Origin: an uncultured Candidatus Binatia bacterium
Lineage (GTDB): Bacteria; Desulfobacterota; Binatia; UBA9968; JAJDTQ01
Assembly: GCA_965242525.1 (NCBI GenBank)
Contig: OZ251459.1
Span: 544,001 to 608,000, forward strand
Direction: 5' to 3'
Length of the DNA stretch: 64,000 nucleotides
Part shown: positions 31,464 to 40,821 of the stretch, in pieces
Position numbering within the stretch: the stretch's first letter is position 1
Layout: each line of letters starts with the position of its first letter
Notes under the pieces: generated by a model
The model's database searches: none
Told to the model about the DNA's origin: nothing
What the model saw: the letters and a program-made list of their open reading frames with translations, nothing else
Program-made: the position numbers and the translations under genes

Positions 31464-34004
31464 ATGCAAGAGTCCGAAGGACGCGGTTCTCCCTACCGCG
31501 GTTTCCGCCGTCGTCTGGCGGCCGTTGCGGGTCTCGTCGGCGTGCTGCTGCTCGCTTCCTGCGGGGGCGGCGGCCCGACGACCCGTTCCATGCCTTCGTC
31601 CACGCCGGGGGGGACCCCTTCGCCCCCGGAGGACCTCGCGAAGCATCGGGAATACAGGAACAACTTCGCGGACCATCGGGAATACAGGCCGGAGATATCG
31701 AACCCTGGTGTTCGATATCGTTGGGGGCTCGCCGAAGTCCGCGCGGCGGACGCCTATGCGCGCATTGCCCAGCGGGAAGGCCCCTCGGTCGCCCCCGGCG
31801 CCGGCGTGACGGTGGGGGTCATGGACACGGGCATCGACGAGGGTCACTGGGAGTTCCATCCCAAGTCCGGTCCCTCCCTGGTGAGCGAGGAGATCCTGGA
31901 AGGGGACGGCGATGCGACAGACCCGACAGGCATGTGGAGTCACGGCACCTTGGTGGCGAGCGTCATCGTCGCGCAACGCGATGGCAGGCCGCGGGATACT
32001 CCTCCTTCCCGGGACCGCATCGATGACAGCAGTCCGCCGGCTCCTTCCGGCGGCGCCTCCCACGATTTCCACGGGGTGGCCTGGGGCGCCCGTTTGAAGA
32101 TGTACGCGCTTACGCTGGGGTCGGACGACGGCCCCTACATGCCCGTGGACGTGACCGGGTTGGGGACCAACGACTACGCAGCCTGGTTCAACCGGGCGTT
32201 CGACGACGAGGTAGACCTGCTGAACCTGAGCTGGGGGTTCAGCGGCCTGATCGAGCACTACGGCGAAGCCGAGTTGCGGCGGAACCACCAAGCCGTCATC
32301 GAGGCGCTGGCGCAGGCCCGCAGGACCGAAAAGACCCTCGTGGTGGTGGCGGCCGGAAACTCCAACGGCCGGGAATGCGAACCCGGGACCGCGGGTTGTC
32401 GGGAAGACGAATCCGGAGAGTACAGCATCCACGCCAACTCGCCCGAGTTGTTGCCCGGCCTTCCGTTGCGCATCGCCGAGTTGCGAAGCCACATGGTGGC
32501 GGTGGCCGCAACCCGGCAGGACGGGGAACTCGCCTCCTTCTCCAACCCGTGCGGCATGGCGGCAAGATGGTGCATGGCCGCGCCCGGCGATAAGATCCTG
32601 ACCGCCCTTTACCGGCCGCCGAGCCGGCCCGGGGCTAGCGATTCCTATCGGGATTACGGGTTGTCTTCCGGCACTTCCTTCGCAGCGCCCTACGTGACCG
32701 GCGGACTCGCGGTGCTGCAGCACTACTTCCGCAACCAGATGACCCACACCCAGATACTCACCCGCCTCTATCGGACCGCTACGGTGGATCCGGACCCGGT
32801 GGCCCCGGGCGAGCAATGCCCCGCCCATCTCGACGCCGACGGCGACCGTTCCCGTTGCGAGTTGTCGTCCACCCACGGGTGGGGGTTGATGAACCTCGAC
32901 GCCGCCACCCGCCCGGTGGGCGGGACCAGCGTGGCCCTCGACGGATCCCTGCGCGGACGGCGCGTCGCCGCCTCGTCGAGTTTCCTGCGCGGCGGTCCGG
33001 CCCTCGGCGATTCGTTGGCTTCCGCCCTGCGGGGGCGCAGCGTGGCGCTGTTCGACGAGCTGGACGCGCCTTTCTGGGTCGGGCTGGACCGCCTCGCAGG
33101 AGGCGCCGCCGGCCCCAGCCTTCCGGCCCGGCTGTCACGGTTCCTGGCGCCCGGGGCCGAGACCCGCGGGCGGGACGGCCTGCGCGTCTCCGCGGCGCCG
33201 GGTTTCGCCGGCGGCGTGGTGGAGATCCCCTGGAGGCGGTCGCGCCTTCGCCTCGGTTTCAACCGCGCTAGCGGGGACCGGGGATGGTCCGGCGGCCACG
33301 CCGGGCTTGCCCCCCTGGCGCGCGGCGGCCTCTCGCTTACGGTGGGCGCGGGCGCGTTGGAGGCTTCCACCTTTACGGCTGCGTCCGGCTTCCACCGGAA
33401 GGGCGGGGGACGAGGGTCCGTGACCGGCGCGGTCACCGGCTGGCGGCCGCCGGACTCGCCTCTGGGGTTGCGGCTCGGCTTCCTCCGGGAGTCCGACCGT
33501 GCGCTCGGCACCACCGCAGGGGGCGCGTTCGGCAGGCTCGCGGCCGGCGTGAGCTTCGGCGGGGTGGGTCTTTCGACCTGGGTGGGATCCTGGCGTCTCT
33601 CGGCCGACGGAGAGTTGGGGAGCGTCCGTCCGGAGGCCCGGCATGGGATCGTGCGCGGGGTCTCGCGGCTGGTCACGTCGGCCTTCTCCCTGGCCGCGGA
33701 GCGTTCCTTGGGGGACGGCGACCGGCTCCGGCTGTCGGCGTCCCAACCGCTGCGCGTGGAGCGCGGCCGCGCCCGGTTGAGCATCCCCACCGGCCGCACC
33801 CCGGACGGCGCGGTGACGCGCAGCATGGTGGCTGCGCCCCTGTCGCCCTCGGGTCGGCAGGTGGACTTGGCGGGGGAGTGGAGCCGGCCCCTGGCGAGGG
33901 GCGGCGAGTTGCGCCTGGGGGCGACGCTGTCGCTGCAACCCGGCCACGAGACCGGACGACCACCCGATTTCCTCCTGCTGGCGGGCTATCGTCTGGCCTT
34001 CTGA
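31464..34004 (+). CDS. S8 subtilisin-like serine protease, lipoprotein with C-terminal beta-barrel (autotransporter-like)
   Basis: Lipobox LLASC, triad VMDTG / SHGTLVA / SGTSFAAPYV, AAGN, C-terminal YRLAF. Confidence 0.85.
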   Translation: MQESEGRGSPYRGFRRRLAAVAGLVGVLLLASCGGGGPTTRSMPSSTPGGTPSPPEDLAKHREYRNNFADHREYRPEISNPGVRYRWGLAEVRAADAYARIAQREGPSVAPGAGVTVGVMDTGIDEGHWEFHPKSGPSLVSEEILEGDGDATDPTGMWSHGTLVASVIVAQRDGRPRDTPPSRDRIDDSSPPAPSGGASHDFHGVAWGARLKMYALTLGSDDGPYMPVDVTGLGTNDYAAWFNRAFDDEVDLLNLSWGFSGLIEHYGEAELRRNHQAVIEALAQARRTEKTLVVVAAGNSNGRECEPGTAGCREDESGEYSIHANSPELLPGLPLRIAELRSHMVAVAATRQDGELASFSNPCGMAARWCMAAPGDKILTALYRPPSRPGASDSYRDYGLSSGTSFAAPYVTGGLAVLQHYFRNQMTHTQILTRLYRTATVDPDPVAPGEQCPAHLDADGDRSRCELSSTHGWGLMNLDAATRPVGGTSVALDGSLRGRRVAASSSFLRGGPALGDSLASALRGRSVALFDELDAPFWVGLDRLAGGAAGPSLPARLSRFLAPGAETRGRDGLRVSAAPGFAGGVVEIPWRRSRLRLGFNRASGDRGWSGGHAGLAPLARGGLSLTVGAGALEASTFTAASGFHRKGGGRGSVTGAVTGWRPPDSPLGLRLGFLRESDRALGTTAGGAFGRLAAGVSFGGVGLSTWVGSWRLSADGELGSVRPEARHGIVRGVSRLVTSAFSLAAERSLGDGDRLRLSASQPLRVERGRARLSIPTGRTPDGAVTRSMVAAPLSPSGRQVDLAGEWSRPLARGGELRLGATLSLQPGHETGRPPDFLLLAGYRLAF

Positions 34005-34052
34005 CCGCGGCCGGGGACGCCCGCGGGTCCCTCCCGGCGGAAAGGCGGCGCG

Positions 34053-35675
34053 CTAGTCCTCTTCCACCTCGCTGGCCTTGACCCGGCGGGACTTGAGCTT
34101 CTCGCCGGTCTCGAAGTAGCGCCCCTCCACTGCGAGCTTGGCTTCTTCGTCCAGCTCGTCGTCCCACTGGCCCAGGGAGTAGCCGTACCAGGGCATCTTG
34201 GGATTCAGGGGCGGCAGCATGAACTCCTCCCACAGTTCCCGGGCGTGCTCCATGTACTCGCGCTTGGGCAGGGACACGGGCGGGAACGGCTCCTTCTGGA
34301 TGGCGTTGCACAGCATCCCCGACTCGTCCGCGGGCAGGTGGTAGGACACCACGTCCGTGCCCTGGCGCTCGTCCTTGTAGAGGAACGGCGGGGCGTGCCC
34401 CTTCTCCATGCCGCCGATGATCTGCACGTCCTTGTGCGGTTTCATGCGGTAGCACATGGCCCAGAACACCGCGGCCTCGTCCGCGGGGTCGATGTCCTCG
34501 TCCACCGCGATGACGATCTTCCCGACCCCCGGGTGGAACGACGCCGCGGCGTGGAGCGCGCGCCACACTTCCGCTTCCTTGGGGCGCTTCATCTGCACGA
34601 TCACGAGCTTGTAGGTATTGGTCAAGGGCTCGTGCATCTCCACCCGGATGACGCTGGTGATGCGGCAGTGGTCCCGCAGGTGCACCAGCATCAGCCGGTC
34701 GTACCCGATCTTGCGGATCACCGAGGACTCGCTGGGGGTGAGCTGGCTGAGCCACGAGACGTAGATGGCGTCCTTCCGGTGCGTGATGGCGGTGATGTCC
34801 ATGAACGGGTTCAACTGCCGCGGGTGCATGTAGCCGTGGGACTCCCCGAACGGTCCTTCGGGCTCCACGAACTCGGTGTTCAGGTGTCCTTCGATGACGA
34901 TCTCGGACTCCGCGGGCACCTGGATGTCCACGGTCTTGCACCGGGCCATGCGGATGGGCTCGCCCACGAAGCCGCCGGCGATGGCCATCTCGTCCACGCC
35001 GTAATCGACCTTCTGCACGGACACGTAGGAGACCACCGGCGGCGCGCCGATGACCAGCGCCGCGGGCAGCGGCTCGCCCCGTTTCTGGGCGTTCTTCCAG
35101 TGGAGGTAGATGTCCTGGCCGAGTCCGGACGGGAACACCCCGACCCGGGTGCGGGACTTGATCTGGCCGCGGTAGTTGCCGATGTTGGCGATGCCGGTCT
35201 CCGGGTCCCTGGTGATCCAGTGGGAGCAGGTGGTGTAGGGTCCGTTGTCGAAGCCGGGGGTGGAGATGGGCACCGGGAACGCGTCCAGCCCTTCCCGGTC
35301 CAGGGCGTCGCCGGTCATCACCCGTTCCTGGCATGCGGGGTCGTCCACCACCACCGGGCTGATGGGGTTGGAGAGGGCGTGCTTCCATTTCCTGTCCATC
35401 TCCTCGGCGCTGTTGCAGCCCATGCCGAGGAAGTAGATGGCCTTGCTGCCGGCCAGGGCGCCCACCACCACAGGGAAGTCGAAGCGGCGTCCGCGGGAGT
35501 CCGTGACGTTGGAGAAGTACCAGGCCTTGCGCTCCTCGTCGGGGATACCGCCGCGGTACTGCCAGCGCACCAGCGGATGCAACTCGGTGTCCTTGTTGAT
35601 GGTCTGGTTGATGCGGCGCAGATGCCCCGCCTCCTCCAGTTGCCTGAGATGCTCATGTAGGTCCGCGTAACCCAT
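34053..35675 (-). CDS. UbiD-family (prFMN-dependent) decarboxylase
   Basis: PVPISTPGFDNGPY, NIGNYR, VPAESEIVIEG, EGPFGESHGY, VIAVDEDIDP. Confidence 0.92.
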   Translation of the reverse strand: MGYADLHEHLRQLEEAGHLRRINQTINKDTELHPLVRWQYRGGIPDEERKAWYFSNVTDSRGRRFDFPVVVGALAGSKAIYFLGMGCNSAEEMDRKWKHALSNPISPVVVDDPACQERVMTGDALDREGLDAFPVPISTPGFDNGPYTTCSHWITRDPETGIANIGNYRGQIKSRTRVGVFPSGLGQDIYLHWKNAQKRGEPLPAALVIGAPPVVSYVSVQKVDYGVDEMAIAGGFVGEPIRMARCKTVDIQVPAESEIVIEGHLNTEFVEPEGPFGESHGYMHPRQLNPFMDITAITHRKDAIYVSWLSQLTPSESSVIRKIGYDRLMLVHLRDHCRITSVIRVEMHEPLTNTYKLVIVQMKRPKEAEVWRALHAAASFHPGVGKIVIAVDEDIDPADEAAVFWAMCYRMKPHKDVQIIGGMEKGHAPPFLYKDERQGTDVVSYHLPADESGMLCNAIQKEPFPPVSLPKREYMEHARELWEEFMLPPLNPKMPWYGYSLGQWDDELDEEAKLAVEGRYFETGEKLKSRRVKASEVEED

Positions 35676-35821
35676 TCCTGCCTCCCGTGAGATCCGTCCG
35701 TCCTGCGATGCCGCGGCGAGTTTGCCCCGTTCGGGGCCGTCGGAGAGAACCGGCAAGATACCCGATGGCGTCCGGCCGTGTCAAATTACCTGCCCGGAGA
35801 CCCGGGTTCGCCAGCCCGGGG

Positions 35822-37300
35822 TCAGGAAAGGCCGTTGGCCCCGGGGGGCGTCTGTCCGAGGGTGAGCGAGAACCCGGGCTTGCGGATGTGCACCTGGGTG
35901 TACTCCTTCTGCCGGGTGAGCTCGTTGATGAGCCGCACCAGCGGCCGGCTGGCGCTCAGGTACTCCCGGGGCCGGCCCGCGGCCTGCATGGTCTTGACCT
36001 CGTCCACCCCCGCATAGACCCGCAGCACCAGCTCCTCGTCCGACACCGAAGGCCCCCCGATCTTCGACCGGAGTTCGGCAAGCGACGGGTCCGGCTGCTC
36101 CCAACCGGCCCACGCCTTGGCCCTGGGACGCCCGAGGATCCTGTCCTTCACGTCGGGGTCCATGAGCTCCGTGCCCTCCCGGCCCCAGATGCCCAGGGCG
36201 TACTGGATGGACTGGTCGGCCACCTCCTTGTAGCGCTCCCCGAGGATGACGTTGAAGGCGGCCTGGGTCCCCACGAACTGGGACAGGGGCGTCACCATGA
36301 TGGGGTAGCCCCACTCGGCGCGCACCCGGGCGGCCTCCTCCAGCGCCGCGGGCAGCTTGTCTTCCATGCCCACGAGCCGGAGCTGGTGGACGAAGTTGGA
36401 GATCATGCCTCCGGGCACCTGGTGCAGGTACTGGGAGTGGTTGTACTCCACGGGCTTGCCCATGGGCAGTCCGTCCCGCTTGGCCACGAACGTGAAGTGG
36501 TCCTCGACGGGCTTCAGCGCCTCCGTGTCCACCAGCGGCGTGTGCCCCAGGGCGCGGACGTTCCGCGCCATGTTGAAGATCGAAGGCTGGGCCGAGCCGT
36601 TGGCCAGGGGCGGCACCCCGGTGTGGATGGTGGTCATGCCGAGGCGGATGGCCTCCAGGTAGTTCAGGGGCGCCAAGCCGTTGTTGCAGTGGGCGTGGAA
36701 CTCCACGGGGGTGTCGCCGATGTTGTCGAGCACCAGGGGGACCAGGGCGCGGGTGCGTTCGGGGGTGAGCAGGCCGCCCACGTCCTTGAAGCAGATGCGG
36801 TAGGGCTTGATGGCCGCGGCTTCCCGGGCCTTCCGCGCGTAGTACTCGTCGGTGTGCCGCGGGGACACCGAGTAGATCAGGTTGACCACCGTCTCCATGC
36901 CGAGCTTGCGCAGGTCCGCCACCTCCTCGCCGAACACGTCGTAGTCGTTCCAGCAGTTGGAGGTGCGCGTCAGGGTGATGCCGCTGTCCACCACCCGCCC
37001 GATGATGAACCGCAGCAGGGCCGCGGGCTTCTTCTCCAGCCCGCCCTTCAAGCCGCCGTGGAGCCGGAGCTCGGTCTTGCGCAGGCGCTTGGTCCCCTCC
37101 CGGAGCCAGTCCCACGGGTTCTCCTTGTGCTCCCGCACGTACTTCTTGAACATGTTGGTGACGAAGAACTCCATGGACTCGAAGCCCGCTTGGTCCATCT
37201 GCTCGGCGATCTCCACCATGGCCGCGGTCCTCATGTTGAGCGCCCACAGGCTCTGGTTGCCGTCGCGCAGCGTGGTGTCCACGAATCGAATCTCGCTCAT
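35822..37300 (-). CDS. Pyruvate carboxylase subunit B / oxaloacetate decarboxylase alpha-like carboxyltransferase
   Basis: DTTLRDGNQSL, CFKDVGGLL, FHAHCNNG, HQVPGGMISN, GYPIMVTPLSQ; no biotinyl EAMKM domain. Confidence 0.88.
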   Translation of the reverse strand: MSEIRFVDTTLRDGNQSLWALNMRTAAMVEIAEQMDQAGFESMEFFVTNMFKKYVREHKENPWDWLREGTKRLRKTELRLHGGLKGGLEKKPAALLRFIIGRVVDSGITLTRTSNCWNDYDVFGEEVADLRKLGMETVVNLIYSVSPRHTDEYYARKAREAAAIKPYRICFKDVGGLLTPERTRALVPLVLDNIGDTPVEFHAHCNNGLAPLNYLEAIRLGMTTIHTGVPPLANGSAQPSIFNMARNVRALGHTPLVDTEALKPVEDHFTFVAKRDGLPMGKPVEYNHSQYLHQVPGGMISNFVHQLRLVGMEDKLPAALEEAARVRAEWGYPIMVTPLSQFVGTQAAFNVILGERYKEVADQSIQYALGIWGREGTELMDPDVKDRILGRPRAKAWAGWEQPDPSLAELRSKIGGPSVSDEELVLRVYAGVDEVKTMQAAGRPREYLSASRPLVRLINELTRQKEYTQVHIRKPGFSLTLGQTPPGANGLS

Positions 37301-37462
37301 GAGCGTCTCCTGAAGGTAAGAGGCCGAAGTCGAACGCTGGTTAAACGCCCATAGTGACCGGAAAGGGAAGGCGGGTCAAGGAGGGAGGCCGCTTTCCGAC
37401 GTTTCGGGCCGGGGATGGCCCCGCCCGCCCGTTCCATAGTATAGGAAACCCTGAACCACGCC

Positions 37463-37540
37463 CCCCGTTCGTCCTGAGCGTAGCGAAGCGAAGTCGAAGG
37501 ACGCGCTTTCCCGCCGGGAGATGGGGTTCGAGCCGGAATC
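37463..37540. repeat. REP-like family B copy with flank
   Basis: CCCCGTTCGTCCTGAGCGTAGCGAAGCGAAGTCGAAGGACGCGCTTTCCC...TTCGAGCCGGAAT. Confidence 0.85.
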
Positions 37541-37599
37541 GTTCAGGTTTCCCATGGAATGCCGGGAGCGTGGACGGGACTCTTTCGAGGGAGGAACGG

Positions 37600-38910
37600 A
37601 TGGTTGCGCAGGAGGCTCATGGGGTGGAGGAGCGGATCGTCGGGCTGCTGCGGCGTCTCGGCATCGGGAAGGCCCATGTGGCGGCCTGCCTGCCCGGCGA
37701 CTGGAGCGGCCTGCTCGCCCGGCATCCGTCGATGGTGGCGTCGCTCACGCTGGTATGCCCCCACGGCATGAAGCCGGACGCGCTCCGCGCCCATGCGCCG
37801 CCGCTCCTGGTGGTGGCCGGGGACCGGGGGAACACGGTGGACGACCTGGTGCGGGGGGTCGAGGGCCTGCCCGGCGCCCGCCTGACCTTCCTCCGGGACT
37901 ACTTCAGCCCCATGTGGGCGGACGTCCTGGCGGACCGCACCGGGGAGGTCGAGTCGGCCATGACGGAGTTCCTGGCGCTTCGGGAAGCGGAGGACCCGGC
38001 CCCGCGGGTGCGGCTGCCGGAGGGGGAGGGCGAGGAAGACGGCGTCTCCTACTCCGTCAGGGGCTCGGGGCCGCCGCTCTTGCTCTTCCCGCTGGGGCTC
38101 GCCCCGTCGCAATGGCGGCCGTTGCTGCCGGCCCTTGGCCGGCGTTACTGCGCCATTACCCTGGGCGGCCCCCGGCTGGGCATGGTGGCGTTCCTGGAGA
38201 CGCGCGGACCGGGATACCTGCGCGCGGTGCGGAGCGTGGTGGACGAGGTGGGCCTCCGACCCGGCCAGGAGGTCCTGGAGGTGGGCTGTGGCGCGGGCAC
38301 CGCGGCGCGCTGGCTGGCCCGATATACGGAGAAGCGCAACCCCATCGTGGGGGCGGACGTCAACGCCTACCTGCTCCGGGAGGCGGCGAGCCTGGCCGAC
38401 GCCGAAGGGCTCGGCGGCGTCATCGAGTGGCGCAGCGGCGACGGGGAGGCGCTGCCGTTCGACGACGCCCGGTTCGACGCCGCCCTGGCCTTCACGGTCA
38501 TGGAGGAAGGGGACGCGGACCGGATGCTGGCCGAGTGCGTCCGCGTGACCCGGTCTGGCGGCAAGGTGGCGGTGATCGTGCGCGCCCTGGACATGCCCTG
38601 GTGGGTCAACCTGCCGTTGCGGCCCGAGCTCAGGCGCAAGGTCCAGACCGGGTACGGCGACGTGGTCCAAGGCGGCTGCGCCGACGCGAGCCTCTATTCG
38701 CGCATGGCCGCGGCCGGTCTCGATCCTGTGGCCATGATGCCCCAGTGGGCCACCTACGCGTCCGGGGAGCGGCTGCAACAGCAGCAGGAGCGCATGGCCG
38801 AGCGGCTGACCCCCGAGGAAGCCGGGGAGTGGCGCCGCGCCATCGCCGCGGCCGGCGGTCGGTTCTTCATATCGCAGCCGTTCCACTCGGCCGTGGGCGT
38901 GAAGCCCTGA
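37600..38910 (+). CDS. Class I SAM-dependent methyltransferase with N-terminal alpha/beta-hydrolase-like segments
   Basis: C-half VLEVGCGAG, VGADVN, GDGEALPFDDARFD; N-half PLLVVAGD, GSGPPLLLF. Confidence 0.75.
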   Translation: MVAQEAHGVEERIVGLLRRLGIGKAHVAACLPGDWSGLLARHPSMVASLTLVCPHGMKPDALRAHAPPLLVVAGDRGNTVDDLVRGVEGLPGARLTFLRDYFSPMWADVLADRTGEVESAMTEFLALREAEDPAPRVRLPEGEGEEDGVSYSVRGSGPPLLLFPLGLAPSQWRPLLPALGRRYCAITLGGPRLGMVAFLETRGPGYLRAVRSVVDEVGLRPGQEVLEVGCGAGTAARWLARYTEKRNPIVGADVNAYLLREAASLADAEGLGGVIEWRSGDGEALPFDDARFDAALAFTVMEEGDADRMLAECVRVTRSGGKVAVIVRALDMPWWVNLPLRPELRRKVQTGYGDVVQGGCADASLYSRMAAAGLDPVAMMPQWATYASGERLQQQQERMAERLTPEEAGEWRRAIAAAGGRFFISQPFHSAVGVKP

Positions 38911-38928
38911 CCCTTTGACGGATCCCCT

Positions 38929-39861
38929 ATGCGAGCTGTGAGCTCACCCGATTCGCGGAGTCCGTCGGCCCTCCCGGGGCCGGTCTTCTGCCTGGCGGCG
39001 TTCCTGGCGCGGTCCGTCCGTGGACCTGATCGAGCGCGGCTGGGGCGGGTCTTCTGCCTGGCGGCGTTCCTGGCGTTGCTGCCGTGGGACGCCGCCGCGG
39101 AAACGGGGCTTCGACTGGATGGACCGCAGGTCCAGGGCGGCCTCTTGCGCGGGCGCGTGGCGCCGGGTTCCGTGGTGGAGTTCAAGGGCGTCCCCGTGCG
39201 GGTTTCGGAAGACGGTTGGTTCCTGGTGGGTTTCGGGCGGGACGCGCCGGCCGGGGCCGTGCTCACGGTGGCGTATCCGGACGGCCGGCGCGAACGGCGC
39301 GTTCTCGCGGTGGAGCCGCGCGAGTACCGCGTCGAGCGCATCGACGGGCTGCCTCCGCGCAAGGTCACGCCGCGCAGCGAAGAAGACCTCGCGCGCATCC
39401 GCGCGGACGTCCGCTTGATCAGGAAGGCCCGCCTGACCGACGACCCCCGCACCGACTTCCTGGCCGGTTTCCTCTGGCCGGCCAGGGGGCGGATCAGCGG
39501 GGTGTACGGCTCCCAACGCATACTCAACGGCGAGCCCCGCCGCCCGCACTACGGCATCGACATCGCTGCGCCTACCGGCGCCGGGGTGGTGGCGCCGGCC
39601 CCGGGCGTGGTCACCCTCGTGCACCCGGACATGTTCTTCTCCGGCGGCACCCTGGTCGTCGATCACGGGCACGGGCTCTCGTCGGCGTTCCTGCACCTGT
39701 CGCGCATCCTGGTGGAGGAGGGCCAGCGGGTGGAGCAGGGGCAGCCCATCGCGGAGGTGGGCGCCACCGGCCGCGCCACCGGCCCGCATCTCGACTGGCG
39801 CATCAACCTCTTCGGCCGCCGCCTGGACCCGGGCCTGCTGGTGGGACCGATGCCGAAATAG
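38929..39861 (+). CDS. M23 family metallopeptidase
   Basis: PHYGIDIAAP, DHGHG, FLHL, GATGRATGPHLDW; a 28-bp duplication in the N-terminal region. Confidence 0.9.
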   Translation: MRAVSSPDSRSPSALPGPVFCLAAFLARSVRGPDRARLGRVFCLAAFLALLPWDAAAETGLRLDGPQVQGGLLRGRVAPGSVVEFKGVPVRVSEDGWFLVGFGRDAPAGAVLTVAYPDGRRERRVLAVEPREYRVERIDGLPPRKVTPRSEEDLARIRADVRLIRKARLTDDPRTDFLAGFLWPARGRISGVYGSQRILNGEPRRPHYGIDIAAPTGAGVVAPAPGVVTLVHPDMFFSGGTLVVDHGHGLSSAFLHLSRILVEEGQRVEQGQPIAEVGATGRATGPHLDWRINLFGRRLDPGLLVGPMPK

Positions 39862-39889
39862 GCTCCTTGGAATAGCGGGTTCGAGTCAG

Positions 39890-40285
39890 GTGGCATTAAC
39901 CAGCCAAGTCATCCAACGCATTGCCGGCGCAGGAGGACGCTTACGGGTCAGGAGCGCCCTGAATCCCGGCCTGTGGCTCTGTGCGATCATATCGGCGCCT
40001 TGCTTGGCGTTAGCCGTGTACGCCGCTGGCGAGGCGCCTGCATGGTTGCTGGTCTTGTTGGCCGTGATTGCGACGGCGCCGATTGCGGTGACCGTGTCAG
40101 GGCTCGTATACTTTGGGCTGACAGACCCGGACAAGCTCCAGTCCGAGGAATATCAAATCAAGGCGCGTGTGCTGGAGTACATCGAGGAAAAGGGAGGCGT
40201 GTCGGAAGAGGAGCGGCGTGTGATCGAGGCGATCTCGAACCCGCAGGAGGGGCAACTGTCCAACCGGATCGAGGAGGACCAATGA
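39890..40285 (+). CDS. Small two-TM membrane protein
   Basis: Two hydrophobic helices then DPDKLQSEEYQIK; ATGA-coupled to next gene. Confidence 0.65.
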   Translation: MALTSQVIQRIAGAGGRLRVRSALNPGLWLCAIISAPCLALAVYAAGEAPAWLLVLLAVIATAPIAVTVSGLVYFGLTDPDKLQSEEYQIKARVLEYIEEKGGVSEEERRVIEAISNPQEGQLSNRIEEDQ

Positions 40286-40596
40286 CGAGGCATGCATACC
40301 TGTTCATCTACGACGACGACGCTGGCGCCCGCGAAGAAATCCGGGGCTACATCGACAAACTGCCGGAGATCCTCAACTGGCGCTGCGATATGCCACACGC
40401 CTTCTACCTCGTATCGGAGTGCAGCGCCAAGGAGATCGCCGAGAAGATCCGGTCCTTTACCGGGGACGAGGGGCGTTTCCTGATCTCCGAGGTAACCGGG
40501 AACAAACAAGGTTGGTTGCCAAAGCGTACATGGCGGCTCCTCAACGAAAAACCACTGCCGGAACAAGAAAAATCAGCGAATAGAGCAACCGGTTGA
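40282..40596 (+). CDS. Small Cas2/VapD-like (ferredoxin-fold) hypothetical protein
   Basis: 104 aa; YLFIYD first strand, W..., FYLVS..SAKEI, FLISEV...QGWL pattern. Confidence 0.55.
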   Translation: MTRHAYLFIYDDDAGAREEIRGYIDKLPEILNWRCDMPHAFYLVSECSAKEIAEKIRSFTGDEGRFLISEVTGNKQGWLPKRTWRLLNEKPLPEQEKSANRATG

Positions 40597-40702
40597 GTAG
40601 CCGGTTCGGGTCAACGACGACGTGGGCGGTCCGCGGGCTTGAAGACCGTCGTCGTTGCGGGTAGGAAGGGCGGCAGGCGTCCCGGACGAGCTTTCGAAGC
40701 GC

Positions 40703-40801
40703 GTCCTTCGACTCCGCTTCGCTACGCTCAGGACGAACGGGGGTGCTTGCGCTACGTTCGGGACGAACGGAGAGGCTACGCTTCGTTCGGGACGAACGGG
40801 G
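40703..40801. repeat. REP-like family B copy followed by two partial units
   Basis: Full core then repeated ...GGACGAACGG units. Confidence 0.8.
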
Positions 40802-40821
40802 ATAATCGTTCGGAGTTTTCC

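Noticed and set aside
40282-40596. Bona fide cas2 of a CRISPR-Cas locus
   Set aside because: No cas1, other cas genes or array nearby; only fold-level resemblance.
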